64,000 nucleotides of DNA from an uncultured Methanosarcinales archaeon. Its GTDB lineage: Archaea; Nanobdellota; Nanobdellia; Woesearchaeales; DATDXC01. This document shows, piece by piece, positions 54,731 to 64,000 of this stretch. A model generated the notes under the pieces. It was not told the origin of the DNA, did no database searches, and worked only from the letters and a program-made list of their open reading frames with translations. Numbering within the stretch: position 1 is the stretch's first letter; each line of letters opens with the position of its first letter. Made by a program: the position numbers and the translations under genes. The stretch lies in NCBI GenBank assembly GCA_964510025.1, contig CAZDZV010000001.1, positions 165,399 through 229,398 of the forward strand, given 5' to 3'.

Positions 54731-54738
54731 TTTAAATA
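54731..54738 (+). promoter_or_regulatory. TATA box of rfcS (leaderless geometry)
   Basis: TTTAAATA lies 22 nt upstream of ATG 54760. This argues against the track start at 54739. Confidence 0.45.
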
Positions 54739-54759
54739 ATGCTTGGTTTTCTTTTTTAT

Positions 54760-55716
54760 ATGAAAGAAGCGGATATCGCTATATGGACTGAAAAATATAG
54801 GCCACAGGATTTTTCTGAGATTAAAGGGCAAGGCCATATAGTAAAAAGAGTCAAGGCTTTTGTAGAACAAAAGAATATGCCCCATCAGCTTTACGCAGGT
54901 CCGGCCGGGGTAGGCAAATCAACACTGGCTATTGTCGTTGCCAAGAAACTGTTCGGCATGGAATGGCGGCAAAATTTTCTGGAACTAAACGCCTCTGATG
55001 AGAGGGGTATTGATATTGTGCGAATAAAGGTTAAGGATTTTGCCAGAACCAAGGCCATAGGTGATGTGCCGTTTAAGATTATCTTCCTAGATGAGTGCGA
55101 TGCCCTCACTAGGGAAGCACAGCAGGCACTAAGGAGGACAATGGAAAATTACACAAAAACATGCAGATTTATCTTAAGCTGTAACTATCGCTCAAAAATA
55201 ATAGACCCAATACAATCAAGATGCGCTGTGTTTAAATTCAAGCCTCTGGAGGACAAAGACATCAAGCTCATTATAGGAAAAATTTCCAAAGATGAACATC
55301 TGGAGGTAGACGAAAAGGCAGAGGGCGCATTAGTGGAGATAGCTGGCGGAGATGTAAGAAGACTGGAAAATGTACTGCAGAGCTGCGCCGCACTCAGCAA
55401 ACATATAGATGAAGAGCTTGTGTATTCAATGTCTGCTGTCGCCAAACCAAAAGAGATAGCTGAGATGCTTAAACTTGCCTTTGATAATAAATTTCTGGAA
55501 GCAAGAAAAAAGCTCCTAGACATCATGTTAACCTACGGCCTGGCGGGTCCTGATATAATCAAGCAGATACAAAAAGAGATACTGGACCTAGACATTGACA
55601 ACAGAAAAAAGATGCTGCTAATTGAGAAATGCGGCGAAATCGAGTTCAGGATAACCGAGGGAAGCGATGAATATCTACAGCTAGAAGCTTTACTTGCATC
55701 AATAGCAATTATCTAA
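54760..55716 (+). CDS. rfcS: Replication factor C small subunit
   Basis: WTEKYRPQDFSEIKGQ, Walker A AGPAGVGKST, DEAD-type ILDECD, SRC motif QSRCAVFKF, and sensor 2 GGDVRR. Confidence 0.95.
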   Translation: MKEADIAIWTEKYRPQDFSEIKGQGHIVKRVKAFVEQKNMPHQLYAGPAGVGKSTLAIVVAKKLFGMEWRQNFLELNASDERGIDIVRIKVKDFARTKAIGDVPFKIIFLDECDALTREAQQALRRTMENYTKTCRFILSCNYRSKIIDPIQSRCAVFKFKPLEDKDIKLIIGKISKDEHLEVDEKAEGALVEIAGGDVRRLENVLQSCAALSKHIDEELVYSMSAVAKPKEIAEMLKLAFDNKFLEARKKLLDIMLTYGLAGPDIIKQIQKEILDLDIDNRKKMLLIEKCGEIEFRITEGSDEYLQLEALLASIAII

Positions 55717-56643
55717 TTACTGTTTTCGTATTCTAAGCTGCCTGTGTATCAGCTTTCTATACTTATAGCTCAGCACGAGGTCAAGCTCTTTTGTGTACAA
55801 TGTATCTTCTTCCATTGCTTCCTTGAGCTTACAAACAACTGTAAGCTTGTTGCTGGAATCAAATCGGCCTTCATTCAGCTTGCCTCCAGCCTTGCATTCC
55901 CACAGTTCCGGTTCTGCTGGCATGAAACTGAGCTGATTGAATCTTGAATCAAATGCCTCTTCTGGTTTTGTGACATCGCCGCCGCCGACATTCTCAACCT
56001 CAAACTCCACAGCCACCTTGCCAGTACCTGCGCGTTTTTCTGTTGCCGACTTTACCTGGATTGGCGCACCTGACGAATAGACTGTCTTTTCCTCATCAAC
56101 CTCACAGATGCCTTCTGTTTGCAGATTTTCCTTGAAGCAGACCTTAGGTACAGCAGCATGGGTGGAATATAGGTAAACAACCTCGCCAAATACACTTATA
56201 TCATAATGGGCCCCTTTTATTTCAATCTCATATCTTGCTTCTTCTGCACCAGGGGTGAAATCCAAATTTACTTCTCCACCTGCCTTGTTGTATTCAGAAA
56301 CACGCTCTATCATCTCTTCGTTTGATAGAACACCGTTGTTTGCTATGCCTGAAAAGTCATCCATCGCAATCCCTTTTAGGGTCACTGTGGCGTCGCCTAT
56401 ATCAACATTTTCTTCTCCCTTATTCTTGATCATAACCTCAATAGGGAAGGTTTCTCCTTCAAATATTTCCTCTATTTTGGTATCTTCATTATAGACTCCC
56501 ATTTCAAGAAATTCAGCTATAAGGCCCTGATTCCCGCCAAGGTAGGGGGATTCTGTACCGTCACTTGTCTGTTTGTCATCATCGCATCCGCTTATCATAA
56601 ATAGGCTTATAATAACAAAAATAACCATCAAATGATTTCTCAT
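55717..56643 (-). CDS. Lipoprotein-like secreted protein, paralog 3 of 3 (308 aa)
   Basis: Signal with lipobox-like Cys (VIISLFMISGC/DDD). It shares the blocks G.QGL.AEF, VC...C(E)V, SSGAPIQVKS, VENVGGGDV and LSYKY with the two upstream genes. Confidence 0.6.
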   Translation of the reverse strand: MRNHLMVIFVIISLFMISGCDDDKQTSDGTESPYLGGNQGLIAEFLEMGVYNEDTKIEEIFEGETFPIEVMIKNKGEENVDIGDATVTLKGIAMDDFSGIANNGVLSNEEMIERVSEYNKAGGEVNLDFTPGAEEARYEIEIKGAHYDISVFGEVVYLYSTHAAVPKVCFKENLQTEGICEVDEEKTVYSSGAPIQVKSATEKRAGTGKVAVEFEVENVGGGDVTKPEEAFDSRFNQLSFMPAEPELWECKAGGKLNEGRFDSSNKLTVVCKLKEAMEEDTLYTKELDLVLSYKYRKLIHRQLRIRKQ

Positions 56644-56704
56644 TTTATAACCTCCAAATACTTTTTTAATTTTATAGTGATTATTATATATAAATTTTTG
56701 TATT

Positions 56705-57649
56705 TTAATATTCTATCTCTTCAAAGATTTCTATATTTTTAGATTCAGACGTAGAATAACCATAGCTAAGCTCCACTGTCAAGGGGGTTGTGTATACTCT
56801 GTCTCCCACAAGTGATTTGTCCAATCTACAATAGATATATCCGTGGCCGTCAATCAGTTCCAGCGTATCGCCCACATCGGGCCTGCAGGAGCTCATCCTG
56901 AGGTCACCAACCCTTATGTCGTCTATCTTGATTTCGTTCAGGTCTCTCCAATCATAGCCTTCATTAGGATCCCTGTCTATATCTTCCCGGGGAATGACAA
57001 GACCATTTCCAGCATTTTGCACAAAGACCTTGAACAGGATTTTCTCACTTGATACATCCTGCTCGATTTTTGTAACGGAGACAGGGGCTCCTTGGCTGGA
57101 CATGGTGGTATCCCTCACTTCGCAGACCTTATCTCTAATATAGCTACTTCTTGGCTGGGGATCGATACAGACAACTGGGCTCGCAATGGTCTTGTAAAAA
57201 TATGTAGTGGTAAATATCAATGTTGGCTTATAATAGGGCGCACCAGCCGGAAGATCATATACGTTAGCATCGAATTCCACTGCAGTATAGCCGCCTTTTT
57301 CATTATACTGGCTTTTACCTTCCAGCTCGTATTCATCCAGGGTTACACCCCTGTCAGGGCTAATATCAATTATATCAGGGTCATAGCCGCCAATCCAAAG
57401 GTAGCCTTCAAACTCGCCCTCTTCCTCTATCTGGGGGAAAGCCCCCCTGTTCCTGATTTCGACAACAAATTTCACGTTCCTATCATTCTCATAGATTTCA
57501 TCTGGCAATTCTACGGGAAATTCAATTTCCAAGCCCTCTGTTCCCTGCCTATAGTCATATTCCTTGGGCTTTTCTGTTCTTTGTGTATTGCAACCAATAA
57601 GGATGAGAATTAGAATGATCAGGATTATTATATTTTTCATTGTGAGCAT
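56705..57649 (-). CDS. Lipoprotein-like secreted protein, paralog 2 of 3 (314 aa)
   Basis: LILILILIGC/NTQ, with the blocks GTEGLEIEF, VVCIDPQPRSSYIRDKVCEVRD, SQGAPVSVTKIEQD, VQNAGNGLV and ELSYGYSTSESKNIEI. Confidence 0.6.
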   Translation of the reverse strand: MLTMKNIIILIILILILIGCNTQRTEKPKEYDYRQGTEGLEIEFPVELPDEIYENDRNVKFVVEIRNRGAFPQIEEEGEFEGYLWIGGYDPDIIDISPDRGVTLDEYELEGKSQYNEKGGYTAVEFDANVYDLPAGAPYYKPTLIFTTTYFYKTIASPVVCIDPQPRSSYIRDKVCEVRDTTMSSQGAPVSVTKIEQDVSSEKILFKVFVQNAGNGLVIPREDIDRDPNEGYDWRDLNEIKIDDIRVGDLRMSSCRPDVGDTLELIDGHGYIYCRLDKSLVGDRVYTTPLTVELSYGYSTSESKNIEIFEEIEY

Positions 57650-57683
57650 ATTTGTATTTTGATTATATAAAAGTTTCGCTTTA

Positions 57684-58676
57684 TCATACTATTTTCTCAA
57701 TTTCCACTATCTTTGACTTAGTTGAGGTATATCCATAGTCTATTTCGATAATGAGGGGCGTTAGATAAGTGGCCTTTTCTTCTATCCCCTCCTTGTGCTT
57801 GCACCTTATAACCGCTTTTTTGTCCTTCAGCGTTTTCCTGGCTGTGTCTATGTCATTGTCTGGATCACAATCAAGTTTGATCCTGCTGCCTTTTTTCGTA
57901 AGATACGCAGATACCTCAACAATATTTAACTTTGAGTGGTCAAGTGCTGCAGAGGAACATGCTTCCCTGATACTGTCTTTATCCAGCACAAGCCCATCTC
58001 CCTTGTTTTCCACATATATAATAAACTGGGGCTCAACAAAATCTTCTTGAGGAAGCATCTTTGTCTCTATCTTTGTAACAGCTACGGGTGCCCCCTGGTC
58101 GTTTAGGGATATATCCTTAATCTCGCAGCTTTTTGTCCTCTTTTTCATATTGTATATGTCCGGGTCTATACAGACTGTCTCTGTAGCCATTGTCTTGTAC
58201 TGATAACAGGATGTTATTGCGATAGCTGACTTGTGGGACTGGCTCAGCTCTTCTAACTGTCTTATATATGCTGAGAAGGTCAATATATCTTCCTCTCCTT
58301 TTGGGGATTCTACTGACTTTCCGTTCAAATCGTATTTTATGTGGTCTTCTCCATCGAATTTGATTTTTTTTGAAGTGGACTGAAAAGAGGAAATATCGCT
58401 TTCCATATAGTCTTTTTCCATGGAAACAGCGAGATAGCCGTTATTTATGTCATAGGCTCCTTTGTTCTCCAGCTTCAGTCCGATCATTATTATGGCCCTG
58501 TCATCCTTATTGTTTGGTGCATACACCCTGTCCGGCGGAGCATTCTCCAGAAAATCTATTTCAAGGCCCTCAGCACCTTTGTAGATGTCTTTTGTAGTTA
58601 TCGTTTTCTTATCAAGGACATTTGTCTGGCAGCCAACTGTTAGCATTAGCAAAAACAAAGATAGTATCTTTTTCAT
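57684..58676 (-). CDS. Lipoprotein-like secreted protein, paralog 1 of 3 (330 aa)
   Basis: LLMLTVGC/QTN, with the blocks GAEGLEIDF, TVCIDPDIYNMKKRTKSCEIKD, DQGAPVAVTKIETK, VENKGDGLV and EIDYGYTSTKSKIVEI. 4-nt overlap with the upstream membrane protein gene. Confidence 0.6.
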   Translation of the reverse strand: MKKILSLFLLMLTVGCQTNVLDKKTITTKDIYKGAEGLEIDFLENAPPDRVYAPNNKDDRAIIMIGLKLENKGAYDINNGYLAVSMEKDYMESDISSFQSTSKKIKFDGEDHIKYDLNGKSVESPKGEEDILTFSAYIRQLEELSQSHKSAIAITSCYQYKTMATETVCIDPDIYNMKKRTKSCEIKDISLNDQGAPVAVTKIETKMLPQEDFVEPQFIIYVENKGDGLVLDKDSIREACSSAALDHSKLNIVEVSAYLTKKGSRIKLDCDPDNDIDTARKTLKDKKAVIRCKHKEGIEEKATYLTPLIIEIDYGYTSTKSKIVEIEKIV

Positions 58677-60814
58677 GTAGCAGCCTCCAACTGGATTACT
58701 GCACTGACAATTTCACTTTCCTGTCCTTCTCTATCTTTACATTGGAAATAGACTGTTTTTAGACCTGGGCCGTCGCTTAGTCTCCATTCCTTTGTAGGTG
58801 AAAATAAGCTCCAGCTTGACCATGCAGATGCCTCATTCCTAAGATGGCAAGCATGTGCGTTATGGGCACCTAATAGCAAAAGCACCTCTTGAACAGATGA
58901 TACTCCATCATGAAACCCATCACTATCATTGTCTATCATTATTGTCAAAGCTGCCGGCGCTGAACCCTCTTCAGGCACCCCACAGCTCACCCCTTTAGGG
59001 ATATCCCTTCCACCTGCAAGGCAGCCTTCATCGGTGCATGTGCAGCCTTCATCGTCTTCACATACATCTTCGCAATTGTCTATCTTTGTCTTTCCAGGAG
59101 TCTTGATCACCTTGATACTTTTTGTTTTTTCTACAAAATATGTATACTTCACATCAGCCCTGTAGTAATGCGTCGCTATAGGGGTGTTTCCCAAAACATC
59201 CCTGATGCTACTTCTATCTATCTCAATAATGCATCTTATTGTCTCAAAACGCTCAATCGGGAATTTGAAGGTTTTCTTGCCAGCTGAATTTAAGCTATAG
59301 GCAACATAGTTGTCATCTTTCATAACATCGGCCAACTCCCCAGGATCTACTGCCTCGAACCAGCCGTTGCAAAATGTGCTCTCATCTGTGGGCTCAAGCT
59401 GCATACTTTTTGGTATCTGTATGATCAGCTTGTCTATATCCTTTATTTTGCCGTTCCATTCATTTTCAATGGTTATCCCAAGCCTGGGCTTCTGTATATA
59501 GTCTTCGCCCAAGCCAATTGGAAGCTGGTCATTGGTACCTAATCCAATTTTTACAGGGCCTTTTGTGTGCACAGCTACGGGACTTTTTTCAGTTATACCA
59601 TACTGTTCCAGGGGATCTATCTCATCCCTCCTTAATGCACGCATCCTTTCAACATCCATGAAGTACGTCTTTAGATATGCCATTGTCTCGAAATTGAATT
59701 CAGCAGAAAGCCTGACAGTATGGGTACCTGGCTCATGGTTCGGCAATTTGCACTGGATACCTTCCTCTTCTGCTGCGGATATATTAAACTGGATTTCCTT
59801 ATCCTCAAAATAATCTGGCTTTATCTCTCCATCTTTTTTTGTCGCTTCCTCGCCCGTTGTACAGTTCATGATAATTCCAATCGGATCCTTCAGGGTTCTT
59901 GCCTTCAGATCAGCCCAGATTATTATCGATTCATCCTGGAAATATCTGTCGCTGGAGGTAATGATATTCTCTATAAAGACGCCTAACGGAGCTTCCGCAT
60001 TTTCCTCCACCTGGCCGCGGTAGTAGCCACCAGTGGCATATTCCAGCTGGTCTTCATAGCTGTCTTTCAATTTTGCAGGTATCTTTTTAATCGTTGTCGT
60101 GAATCGATTATAACCAGTAACAAGATAATCGAGCAAGCCGGTCCTCATCTCTGGATTTATGTAACCCAAATGTGCTAAGGCAGCTGTACTATCATCTACC
60201 AAGTAAAAGATTGTGGTTCCAAACAGCAGTATCAATAAAATTGTGGAAATAGGGTCTTTTTCAAATTTATAGGACTCAAACAGTGCAAAATAGCCCCATA
60301 TAGGAAAAATAAGTCTATTTGAAAACAACTTGATTAACGAAGCTGAACTCCAGGCTGCTCTTGCCAGATAGTGCTGCAAGAATCCATAACCATAATAATC
60401 AATTAACAATAAAAAACCTATTATCATGTTTGCGGATTCTTCATCATATACGTTTCTTGCCCAGAAAAACCATATCAACAGAGGAATGAAAAGATGAAAC
60501 ATACCTCCCCCATTAAATCCGCCAAGGGTCAGTATATTTAGTATAACAAAGGAAAAAAATAATCTTGATACCAACGTTTTTCCTCCTGCAGGCATCATGA
60601 AAAAAAGAAATAGATTAATAAAAACAAGCAAATTTAATGGAATAGCCCATAATACCTTCCAAGGTGTACTTGCTATGTTAGCCCAATCAAAACCATTAAA
60701 TCCATAAATAAGATCCAATATATACAAAATTATTACAAAAAAGATGATTAGGAATGCTGGTGGAGCTCCCTGGCCTCTAATAGCGTTTACTGTTCTATCA
60801 ATCCTTGCTCCCAT
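58673..60814 (-). CDS. Polytopic membrane protein with large extracytoplasmic C-terminal domain (713 aa)
   Basis: About 7-8 hydrophobic helices in aa 20-230. The soluble remainder contains blocks resembling the lipoprotein paralogs (SPVAVHTKGPVKI, ITIENEWNGKI) and a Cys-rich patch CEDVCEDDEGCTCTDEGC. Confidence 0.6.
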   Translation of the reverse strand: MGARIDRTVNAIRGQGAPPAFLIIFFVIILYILDLIYGFNGFDWANIASTPWKVLWAIPLNLLVFINLFLFFMMPAGGKTLVSRLFFSFVILNILTLGGFNGGGMFHLFIPLLIWFFWARNVYDEESANMIIGFLLLIDYYGYGFLQHYLARAAWSSASLIKLFSNRLIFPIWGYFALFESYKFEKDPISTILLILLFGTTIFYLVDDSTAALAHLGYINPEMRTGLLDYLVTGYNRFTTTIKKIPAKLKDSYEDQLEYATGGYYRGQVEENAEAPLGVFIENIITSSDRYFQDESIIIWADLKARTLKDPIGIIMNCTTGEEATKKDGEIKPDYFEDKEIQFNISAAEEEGIQCKLPNHEPGTHTVRLSAEFNFETMAYLKTYFMDVERMRALRRDEIDPLEQYGITEKSPVAVHTKGPVKIGLGTNDQLPIGLGEDYIQKPRLGITIENEWNGKIKDIDKLIIQIPKSMQLEPTDESTFCNGWFEAVDPGELADVMKDDNYVAYSLNSAGKKTFKFPIERFETIRCIIEIDRSSIRDVLGNTPIATHYYRADVKYTYFVEKTKSIKVIKTPGKTKIDNCEDVCEDDEGCTCTDEGCLAGGRDIPKGVSCGVPEEGSAPAALTIMIDNDSDGFHDGVSSVQEVLLLLGAHNAHACHLRNEASAWSSWSLFSPTKEWRLSDGPGLKTVYFQCKDREGQESEIVSAVIQLEAAT

Positions 60815-60834
60815 AATCTGCCTCTTTTTAAGAA

Positions 60835-61995
60835 CTATTCATCATATTCAACTATCATCTCAACTATATCTAAAGATGTTTTTGGGGTAAGCTTGATAAA
60901 GTTGTTATCCATCTCTATCCAGTTATAGATATTCCTTTCAAATACCTCGTCATACTGGTCAATGCGGTATAGATGGCCGTTTACATTAAGATCGGCCCTT
61001 TTTCTTTCTTCGTCATCCACAAACTTGATTATCAGATTGACTTCATCATCAATATCCTCAAAAACCGTTTGGTTTATCTCAAAGTAATAGACATTTGTTA
61101 TTGTCTCTTCTGATTCAAGCTTTACCTTTATTTGCTCTATTGAATAGCTGCCCCGGCCTGTCTTAAATATTACCTTGTTAGAACCTGAGCTCAAAACGCC
61201 AACGGGGATGTTTTGCACTATTGGATCATCACAAACAGGCACAGCAGAAAAGATATTGTGGTTATTAACAAAGATATCCAAAATGCCAATACTCCCACCT
61301 ATGCTGCAATATGGCACGAACCTGAGTTCCGCCGATTCTAGATTTTGGTATTCGGTTTCCGTAAGACTGAAAACATTCCTGCTTTCCTGCCTTGTTTTGT
61401 CTGTTTCGTCTCCTATTATCTTTATGCTTTCCAGGCTGTATTCATTTGTTGTCCAAAACTTAATACCCACACCGGAAACACTGAATTCAAGGTGATTTTG
61501 CTCCTGCAAGAGATTCTTGCTTATCTTTATAGGCTCGACATTAAGCTTGTTGATATCATACTCATAGATAAGGTTGTCATTAAGCTTAATGGTCAATACC
61601 CCCTGCCTTTTGGGGGCTGTAAAAGTCAGCATAACATTATCAATATTCTCTAGATTCCGGATCGAAAAGGAAGCTGTTTTTGCCTTCTTATCAAAAATAC
61701 CATTTCTTACATAAACGGGATTTAGTGAAGCAAGCTCTTTTGAGTTTGTGCTTTCAAAAAGATAGACATTCGGTATCTCCACATCAGATATGGTTTCAGT
61801 TGGATCCAGCCTGCCTACCTGTTCCTTAAGAAGCTCCACTTTGTCACCCTTTGTCTCAGAATCATCCTCCTCATCCTCAAGGATATCCTGCCTTTCTTCT
61901 GTGGGAAGAAACATCATATAAATAATGATTAAGGCAGCTATAATGGCCACTAGGATAGCAGCATTAAAGCCCTGAGCTTTCCTCCATGTTCTCAT
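60835..61995 (-). CDS. Signal-anchored extracytoplasmic protein (386 aa), first gene of envelope operon
   Basis: N-terminal anchor FNAAILVAIIAALIIIYMMFL, then an acidic linker and a beta-rich domain. I recognise no family. Confidence 0.55.
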   Translation of the reverse strand: MRTWRKAQGFNAAILVAIIAALIIIYMMFLPTEERQDILEDEEDDSETKGDKVELLKEQVGRLDPTETISDVEIPNVYLFESTNSKELASLNPVYVRNGIFDKKAKTASFSIRNLENIDNVMLTFTAPKRQGVLTIKLNDNLIYEYDINKLNVEPIKISKNLLQEQNHLEFSVSGVGIKFWTTNEYSLESIKIIGDETDKTRQESRNVFSLTETEYQNLESAELRFVPYCSIGGSIGILDIFVNNHNIFSAVPVCDDPIVQNIPVGVLSSGSNKVIFKTGRGSYSIEQIKVKLESEETITNVYYFEINQTVFEDIDDEVNLIIKFVDDEERKRADLNVNGHLYRIDQYDEVFERNIYNWIEMDNNFIKLTPKTSLDIVEMIVEYDE

Positions 61996-62048
61996 TAAGT
62001 ATCACCTGTTTTTATAGCTTAAACTAACCAATATTAAAAATGAATAAA

Positions 62049-62060
62049 TTTATATATAAA
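62049..62060 (+). promoter_or_regulatory. TATA box of the pelota gene (leaderless geometry)
   Basis: TTTATATATAAA ends 21 nt upstream of ATG 62081. Confidence 0.4.
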
Positions 62061-62080
62061 TGTTGTGCTTTTTAAAAGGT

Positions 62081-63139
62081 ATGAAACTATTAAACAGGAA
62101 TAAACAAGAGATAAAGGTCAGGATAGAGAATCTTGATGACCTCTGGTATTTAAGCAACATAATAGACATAGGCGATTTTGTCAGGGGCAAAACCCAGAGA
62201 AAGATAAAGATCGGAGAGAAGGAAGACAGGAACATTAAAGTCATAAAAAAGAGTGTTTTTATAGAGCTGCAAGCGGAAAAAATCGAATTTTCAAAAACCT
62301 CAAATGCACTTAGGGTTCTGGGGGCTATCACTCAAGGTCCTGATGAGGTTCAGAAAGGACTTCATCATTCTTTTAGTCTTGAAATGAACTCAGTGATCAC
62401 AATCAAGAAAGAGAGATGGCTAAAGTATCAATTAGACAGGCTTAAAGAAGCGTCCAGCGCGAAAATTTCCAGGATTTTGATCGTTGTTCATGATAGGGAA
62501 GAGGCATTTTTTGCACTGATGAAAAAATACGGCTATGAGCTGCTGAGCCATATCCAAGGAAATGTGAAGAAAAAAGTCGATGAGAACAAGGTAAGCAAGA
62601 ATTTTTATGTGGATATAATAAATAAGATGGAGGCATACGCCGAGAAGTACAAAATAGACAAGATTATAGTGGCCAGCCCTGCATTCTGGAAGGAAGACCT
62701 TATGAAGGAAGTGAAGAAAGATGACCTAAGAAAAAAGGTACTACTGGCAAGCTGCAGCTCAACCGGAGAAACAGCGATAAATGAGGTGCTAAAACGGGAT
62801 GAGGTAAGGAGAGCACTGCATGAAGACAGAATCACCAAGGAGATAAACATGATAGAAGATCTATTGACAGAGATAAAGAAGAATAATCTAGCTGTATACG
62901 GCATGAGGGATTCTGAAAAGGCGGCTGAAACAGGCGCAGTGAAAGAACTTATGGTTCTGGACTCGCTTATCAAGACCTTAAGGGAAGAAGGGGAATACCC
63001 AAGGCTCGAGGCTATCATGAAGAACGTTGAAGCCACAAAGGGAAATGTGAATATCATAAGCTCTGAACATGATGGGGGGAAAAAACTTAGCGGATTAGGG
63101 GGAGTGGGAGCAATCTTGAGGTATAAACTGAACTATTAA
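62081..63139 (+). CDS. pelA: Pelota (Dom34) mRNA surveillance/ribosome rescue factor
   Basis: MKLLNRNKQEIKVRIENLDDLWYLSNIIDIGDFVRGKT is the canonical Pelota N-terminus. The central and eRF1-like C-domains include GGVGAILRY. I chose the ATG at 62081 over the track start at 62060. Confidence 0.9.
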   Translation: MKLLNRNKQEIKVRIENLDDLWYLSNIIDIGDFVRGKTQRKIKIGEKEDRNIKVIKKSVFIELQAEKIEFSKTSNALRVLGAITQGPDEVQKGLHHSFSLEMNSVITIKKERWLKYQLDRLKEASSAKISRILIVVHDREEAFFALMKKYGYELLSHIQGNVKKKVDENKVSKNFYVDIINKMEAYAEKYKIDKIIVASPAFWKEDLMKEVKKDDLRKKVLLASCSSTGETAINEVLKRDEVRRALHEDRITKEINMIEDLLTEIKKNNLAVYGMRDSEKAAETGAVKELMVLDSLIKTLREEGEYPRLEAIMKNVEATKGNVNIISSEHDGGKKLSGLGGVGAILRYKLNY

Positions 63140-63140
63140 A

Positions 63141-63662
63141 ATGGATAATAGTGTTTTGGTTATCATTGATGTGCAGGAGAAATTTGTACCTGTGGTAAAG
63201 GATATTGATGAGGTAGTTCTCAATATTGTAAAGCTTGTCAAATCCTTTAAGGTAATGGGCATCCCAATCATATTAACAGAGCAGTATCCTCAGGGGCTGG
63301 GCAAGACAGTTGAAAAAATTCGGGAAGAAACAGAATATAAGCCGATAAAGAAGAGCTGCTTTGATTGCTTTGATTCAGGAGAATTTGTCACAAAAATCAG
63401 AAACAAAAAAAATATCATTCTTACAGGGATCGAATCCCACGTATGTGTCATCCAGACACTGATAAGCGGGATCTCTAAGGGGCACAATGTACATCTTGTG
63501 AAGGATGCTGTTTCGTCGAGAAAGGATTCAGACAGAGAGACAGCTATAGAGCGCGCAAAGCAAGAAGGAGCTATGATAACATCCACTGAGATGATAATCT
63601 TCCAGATGCTTAAGCGAGCAGGAACACATGAGTTCAGGAAGATAAGTAAAATAATAAAATAA
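63141..63662 (+). CDS. Isochorismatase-family hydrolase
   Basis: VLVIIDVQEKF (catalytic Asp), a conserved K (KKSCFD) and GIESHVCVIQT (catalytic Cys). Confidence 0.85.
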   Translation: MDNSVLVIIDVQEKFVPVVKDIDEVVLNIVKLVKSFKVMGIPIILTEQYPQGLGKTVEKIREETEYKPIKKSCFDCFDSGEFVTKIRNKKNIILTGIESHVCVIQTLISGISKGHNVHLVKDAVSSRKDSDRETAIERAKQEGAMITSTEMIIFQMLKRAGTHEFRKISKIIK

Positions 63663-63672
63663 TTACCCTAGG

Positions 63673-64000
63673 TTATTTCTTTGGAGCTTTAGTCACCAAT
63701 GCGATCAATGCAGCTAACAAACAGGCTATGCCTGCAGGGATAAATGCCCACAGGTAGCTTCCTGTAAGGTCAAATACTCTTCCACATAAGACAGGACCGA
63801 CTATCCCAGCAACACCGTAGCTCGTAAAAACAAGACCGTAATTCACGCCAATATTCTTAGTGCCAAAGTAATCTGCGGTTGCTGATGGAAACAAAGCAAA
63901 GTTACCGCCAAAATTAAAGCCTATCCAGGCAGCTGCTACTGCCAAAAGCAGAGCGCTCGATCCCATATTCATAAGATAAAGCATCATTGCGCCTTGAAGC
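63673..64000 (-). CDS. MFS transporter (oxalate/formate antiporter-like), C-terminal part only; continues beyond the window
   Basis: GNFALFPSATADYFGTKNIGVNYGLVFTSYGVAGIVGPVL is typical of the last helices of OFA-type MFS proteins. The reading frame is open to nt 64000. Confidence 0.6.
   Translation of the reverse strand, partial: LQGAMMLYLMNMGSSALLLAVAAAWIGFNFGGNFALFPSATADYFGTKNIGVNYGLVFTSYGVAGIVGPVLCGRVFDLTGSYLWAFIPAGIACLLAALIALVTKAPKK

Noticed and set aside
1-64000. Mobile elements, prophage, integrase or transposase genes flanking the accessory regions
   Set aside because: No ORF shows DDE, tyrosine or serine recombinase motifs. I saw no terminal inverted repeats or tRNA-adjacent att-like duplications. 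The lateral origin of the AT-rich rSAM block therefore remains only a compositional suspicion.

Overview
This is a compact archaeal chromosome segment. It carries PolD DP1/DP2, MCM, Orc1/Cdc6, TBP, TFE, aIF2-beta, PAN, Pelota, EndA, FEN1, RFC, Hjc and RNase P/Z. Many genes are joined by 4-nt start/stop overlaps. Several have a TTTAAATA-type TATA box 22-26 nt upstream of the ATG, suggesting leaderless mRNAs. The gene content, the peptidase load and the giant Cys-rich surface proteins suggest a small-genome, DPANN-like archaeon, but this is inference only. The window has three parts. (1) 1-13.1 kb is a minus-strand accessory island of giant secreted Cys-rich proteins (>=429, 1920, 785 and 1016 aa). 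It also holds two tiny ribbon-helix-helix genes, missing from the ORF track, each translationally coupled to a giant gene. (2) 13.3-26.2 kb is the most interesting region, a convergent 12-gene cluster. The plus-strand operon encodes an A24 peptidase, two HxsD-like proteins, an HxsB-like radical-SAM/SPASM enzyme, a 102-aa peptide ending in seven His-Xaa-Ser triplets, and a Cys-rich anchored protein. It meets a minus-strand operon of six consecutive radical-SAM genes with eight rSAM domains, five of which appear markedly AT-richer than their surroundings. (3) 26-64 kb is core information-processing DNA. It contains a textbook-style oriC (three ORB-like dyads around an AT-rich DUE) upstream of orc1/cdc6-dp1-dp2, and a possible Ile-rich leader uORF before cimA. 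It also contains a four-gene peptidase island and a five-gene envelope operon with triplicated lipoprotein-like paralogs. I found no rRNA, tRNA, CRISPR array, transposase or integrase. All family assignments rest on motifs read by eye from the translations. No database search was run.
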